64,000 nucleotides of DNA from NCBI RefSeq assembly GCF_009914755.1, contig NC_060931.1, one strand, 5' to 3'. This document shows positions 56,925 through 64,000 of the stretch, piece by piece (within the stretch, counting starts at the first letter, position 1; each line of letters starts with the position of its first letter). The notes beneath the pieces are model-generated. The model saw only the letters and a program-made list of their open reading frames with translations. It was not told where the DNA came from and searched no databases. The stretch is from the human T2T-CHM13v2.0 reference genome, Homo sapiens. The position numbers and the translations under genes were made by a program.

Positions 56925-57095
<171 letters not shown>

Positions 57096-57215
57096 TAAAG
57101 GAAATACCCCAACAGAAAAACTAGTGAAAGGCAGCAATGTGCTACTTATAAAAGAAATAAGTTGCACAGCTAGCACAGGCAGTAGAGCATGAGTCTCTTT
57201 AAAGAAATACAGATG

Positions 57216-58407
<1,192 letters not shown>

Positions 58408-60278
58408 TATACGCCATTTTTTACTTATCAAGTTATGGCTCTTTAAAGGTTAAAATCCCATGTTCATAACATCAACATGAAACCTCAAACCTCACGTGTG
58501 GAATTGCAAACTGGTAAGACATTGGAGAGTGGGAGTTGTTTAGAATGTACATTTCAAATGTGTCAAATATAGTCAATTCTTTCTACTCAACAATTCCTAA
58601 GGCAAAAAGGATTTATAAAGATGTAGAGACAATGATAGTTACTGTAATGTTATTTGTGGCAGCAAGAAAGCAGAAAGAACTTAAAGCACCCAACAATAGA
58701 GGACCAGCTAAATCAATCGTGATACCTTAAAAACTGTGATGAAGAAGAACATTCATATGAAAAGACATTAATTATACATTGTTAGATGGGAAAAATAAAC
58801 TACAATACAGTAATGGTCCCATATTTGAAAAAATAGTAATAAATGTACATTCATTAAGCAAAAACAACTTTTTTTTCGTTCAGGGAAGATATTCACCAAA
58901 ATGTTAATAGTGGTTCTGTCTACATGTTGGTATGACAGGTAGGATTTTTGTGTTCTCTTTGCCAATCCCTATTTTATAAATTTTTCCACAATCATATGTT
59001 TAACTTGCATAATAATTGTTAAAATAGTAACAATGGTAGTAATAGCATGCTGAAATTAAGCTTTTTCTCTTTTTGAAGAGCATTGGCATGCCAGTTCTTT
59101 TTCTCCTTAGCATGAAAGAAAGCACCATGGATCCACATTAAAAGAAAGATGTGGCTTGCCATCACCCTGAGGGACACTTTCAGTGGGATGATTACAGCTG
59201 CTATGACAACAAGAGGAGGATGTGATGTCACATAATGATCCAGTGACTTCAACGGTCCCGTCCCAATGCAGAGCTTTGCTGCCAGCTGGAAATCCAGCAG
59301 AGACCTCATTAAGGGCATCTGTTCAGTAATTACTACAAGTTTCCCTTCATCACGCATCCAAATTTGAAAACAGCCATACCGCAGAACTCCAATGCCTGAT
59401 TCACAGAGGGCTTTAATCTTCCATTTCTGTAGCGCTCAGACTGACTGCGACCAGAGGACCAGGGTCAAGTTTTGGTGCAGTCAGTAAATACTACCTTGAT
59501 CAACAGGGACCAGGGCGGGAAGAAGCATCCCGAGGACATTTATTAACACCAACAAAGACTAGAGCCTCAAGGTGTTTAACTAAGGTATCTTATTTTGCAT
59601 CCTCCTAGAACATTTAAATATTGTAATTTCCATTAGAGAAAATCTAATACACCCGTAACCCATAGAAAAGAAGGGCAAATAGGACTGACTGCACAGCAAG
59701 CCAGAGAATCAATTTCAAAATATGCATAATGAATTCTCCTACAATGAATATGAAATCCCAAGACCCTATTCACATGGCACTAGCACTGGTGCTCTGCATA
59801 GAATAGGGGCAAACTGCTATGGTGGAAGGAGCCAGACAGAACTGGTGTCAAGTCCCAGCTCTACTACTTAACCTCCTAAGCCTCTGTTTCCTCACCTATA
59901 AACTGAGAATAATAATGAGTCAAAAGAGTTGGAAAATTAAGCATAAAACTCTTAGCCTAGTACCTAGTATTCCAAATAAAGTTAGTTCCCCTTGAAAAGT
60001 TTCACAGAAAACTACACAGAAATGTCAATGAATTAATTGCTTCTTTATTAAGTCTTGACCAATGCAAGAGTCTCCTAACTGCCCTCTCTCTTGCCACACC
60101 TACTGCTATTATCACCCTCACATATCACACTACTCTTATACATGGTGTTTTCTCTGTCTAGAATGTTCCCAGAATTTCTCCCCTGTCCATCCCATCCCCA
60201 ACCTCATCCATCTCTGTGATTCCTAAACAAGGCACACAGCAGAATCACTTAGAGACCTTTCTAAAAATGCACATGCCA

Positions 60279-60619
<341 letters not shown>

Positions 60620-60769
60620 TTATGGAATTGGAATCTTCGGAGCATGGAGCCCAGAAATCCTTAACAAACTCTCCATTTGGTTTTTATGCAGCCAGCCCTG
60701 TTGCTGCAGCGTTTGAGAACCACTGACGTGGCTGATTCCTCTTCTTTAAAACTCCATTCGAAAACTTTC

Positions 60770-61165
60770 ATACATCACTGGTGGAATCATAAAATGGCGC
60801 AGACACTTTGGAAAAGTTTGGCAGTTCCCTAAATGTTATACAATAATTTACCATACAACCCAACAATCCCACTCCTAGGAACCTACCCAAGAGACTTAAA
60901 ACATATGTCCACACAAAGACATGTATGTAAATATTTATAGCAGCATTATTCATAATAACCAAAAACTGGAAACAACCTGTGTCCAACAATTAGTTAATGG
61001 ATAAACAAATGTATATGTTCACATAATGGAATATTATTCAAAATAAAATAGAATGAAGTACTTATACATGGTGATGATTGCATAACTGTAAACTCACTAA
61101 AACTTGTTGAATTGTACTCTTAAAATGGGTAAATTTTATGATATGTAGATTACACCTCAATAAAG
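60770..61165 (+). mobile_element. L1MB-like 3' fragment
   Basis: cactttggaaaagtttggcagtt...gtccacacaaagac...ataaccaaaaactggaaacaacc...acctcaataaagctg. Confidence 0.8.
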
Positions 61166-61385
61166 CTGAAGAAAGGGAAAAGAAAGGGAGAAAAGGAACA
61201 GGAAGGAAGGGAGAAGAAGAAGAAAGAAGGAGAGAGGGGAGGAGAGGGGAAGGGAAGGGAGTGGTACTGGGGAGAAGAGAAGAGAGGGGGGAGAGAGGAA
61301 GGGAGTGGAGGGGAGGGGAGGGGAAGAGAGGAGAGGAGAGGAGAGAGAATAAGGGGAGGGGAAGGGAGGGAAAGATAAAACAAGA
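61165..61385 (+). repeat. GA-rich low-complexity polypurine tract
   Basis: ggagagggaagggaaggga-type units, almost no pyrimidines. Confidence 0.9.
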
Positions 61386-62619
61386 GTGGAAAAAACTAAG
61401 TCCAAGCGTTTGCCAACCCCTCCCCCTGCATTATCTTCATCCTTTATAAATCTCTCAAACAGCACTTGGCCTCAGCATGTTACTTCTCAGTGTCAGTCTC
61501 CCCACAAGCCCACATGCTTTTCAAGGATGAGAAAATTATTTAATATCTTCCTATACTTGCAGGGAGGTCAGTAGGCACTAACTAATGTTTGTAAGAAAAT
61601 GTAGGAAGGAATGAGCGGTTGTTTGAGCTTTCTGTTGAAACACACTGTAAGAAACATTCTAGCTCTAAGAACTTAATACTCAGTTTCCCGCTTATAAAGT
61701 CATAAACTCTCTCATTGGGATGTTAAGAGGAGATGATAGATGTCCCAAAAGTGCTTTGGATTTTTACTGAAGATATGTCCCACAGGTGTAAGAAGGGCAC
61801 TCCCTCTGACATGTCCCATGCATAATCAAGCTCTCAGATAACCAATGTAGTGTCAGATTCAAATCCAGATCTCTCCACTTCCCTGGATTAGTGCGTTAGT
61901 TTCCTCATCCGAAAATGAGAAATTAAATGAGCTAGTGCTTACAAAGCCCTTAGAAGAGCATTTGGCATACAGCAAACACTCAACTACAAAGAAAATAGTA
62001 GTATACATGGTGTGTGGAAGGGGTGTGTGTTTGTATATAAAATATGTGTGCATATAATTGGTGAGACACCTCTGCCAAAATAGGCCATGCTGTAAAATAC
62101 TCAGAAAAGTTTCACCTGCCTCATGGGGCATTCAGGATTAGGGAAGCTGATACAAACACAAAAGAGAGCCTAGGCACTAAGTTAGAGAGACCAAGAGAGC
62201 TGACTAATTTAAAATATCCATATATACAATTAAGTTTTAAAAGCAGGTACTAGAACAACATGTATGATCCCATTTAAATAGAACTGCAATAGAATAGTAT
62301 GTGGACCAAGGATAGGATATTAACAGAGGTCATCTCTGGATAATGAGGTTTTCTTTCCTGAGTGCCTAAAATGAATATGGATCGTTTTTATAGGCAAATA
62401 AAATTAATAATGCTATCTTCATTTTGTTAAAAAATGAATTAAGTAATTAGGAAAATTAAGACAGCCTCCAGCCCCCAAGGACCACCTACTGCTCTGGCAG
62501 CCTAAAAGTTTGCCTGGTTTGTTTGAAAGAGAGAACTAATACCCAGAAGGCTACAGGAAGGCCCAGATAGAGAGGAAGAATGCAGGCCACACAGAAATGG
62601 CTAGTTATTATTAACACAT

Positions 62620-63150
62620 AATAGCAAGAACATTCAGCAAATACTCAACAACTGATTCTCCACAGCATAGCCAGAGTGTGTGTTTATAAACAGAAATCTG
62701 ATCTTGTCCCCTCTCCCTAAAATGACCAAACTGCCTTCCACTGCTCTTGGAGAAAAAAACCAAAATCCTCCAGTGGGCCTGTAAGACCTCATATAATCAC
62801 CTCTCCAGCCTCTTCTTAATGCTCTCACAGCCCTCAATAGCCCATCTCCTCCCTCCAGCCACAGGGCCTCTGCACAGGCTGCCTGATCCACCTGGAGGCT
62901 CTCCCATCGCCTCCCCAACACCCTTCACCAGGGAAGCCCATCCCAATCCCCAGACAAATTAGATACCCCTGCTGGGCATGACCACAGCACCCTGGCCTTG
63001 CCATCAGAGGACTAAGCACAGTTATACCAATGTCTGTGGGCCCCACTAGGCTGTCATCACCATGTCATCAGGGCTGGCTTGTTTGCTCACATAGTATTCC
63101 TAGTGCCTAACACAATCGCTGCCATAAAGAATGCACTCCATAAAGACAGG
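62620..63150 (+). mobile_element. L2 LINE 3' fragment
   Basis: ccacagcatagccagagtg...aaatctgatcttgtc...tgtttgctcacatagtattcctagtgcctaacaca. Confidence 0.65.
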
Positions 63151-63448
63151 CTAAGTGAGTGGTTACGACCCATGCGCAGGCAGGGCACTGCAAAGTACGG
63201 GTCCAGAGAAAAGCAAAGGCCAGGTCATGGAAGGCCCATGGGTCCTACCTGGGAATGTGGGCTTGATCCTGCATGCAATGGGAATCTCCCTCCTGGGTTT
63301 TAAATGGAAGGGCAGCAGGATCAAAAAGCCTACAGACTTTAAATACTAATTAGATGACGTGAGGGTAGGAATCTGCACAGGAAAAGGAATCTACAATGGT
63401 TCCCAGGTTTCTAGTTCAGATGCCCAAGCTTTCAAAAATGTAGAAACT

Positions 63449-63701
<253 letters not shown>

Positions 63702-64000
63702 CTAGATTGGAGTCATGGTTCTGAAACGAGTCACTCCGACTTCTTGGAGTAGCAGTTTCTCCACCTGTAAAATGGAGCTGCTCATAGATCTTTTTCAGGG
63801 GAATTGGTAGCATCAAATGAGCTGATGTTTGGGAAAGTGCTTTACCAATAGTAAAGCCTCTCATTATCATCAGCAACATGGGGGCAATAGTTTGCATAAT
63901 TACCCCAAAAAATAGCCTCCTTGAAATAGTCACTAAGACCAGGCTTACAGTCTTACACAACTGGACTAAATTCTGCACCTTTTAAACACTTTTCACTGTC

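Noticed and set aside
59118-59135. REST/RE1-like AGCACCATGGA
   Set aside because: Lacks the TTC/TC 5' bases and the CAG 3' half of the canonical RE1

Overview
This is primate (very probably human) non-coding genomic DNA. It contains AluJ, AluS and AluY elements, an L1PA 3' end, and many older eutherian repeats (L1M, L2, MIR, MaLR/ERV LTRs, hAT and Tigger MITEs), separated by short unique stretches. I can support no protein-coding exon, RNA gene, CRISPR array or operon. The supplied ORFs are almost all Alu, L1, L2, microsatellite or chance translations. Long L1 segments lie mostly on the + strand, and the better exon-like splice-site pairs lie on the - strand. This fits, but does not prove, a large intron of a minus-strand gene or lncRNA, which I cannot name. 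I found no convincing new biological system. The best leads are local: (1) one L1-endonuclease target used twice, whose duplicated sequence then seeded a (TAGA)13 STR; (2) a palindromic templated-insertion scar inside a MER47A terminal repeat; (3) a near-full-length ancient L1 nested in an older L1; (4) a candidate recursive-type AG|GT splice site and other candidate minus-strand exons, plus a signal-peptide-like ORF; (5) a few CpG-retaining, motif-bearing candidate regulatory patches. Repeat subfamily names come from recalled consensus sequences, and boundaries of old repeats are approximate (tens of bp).
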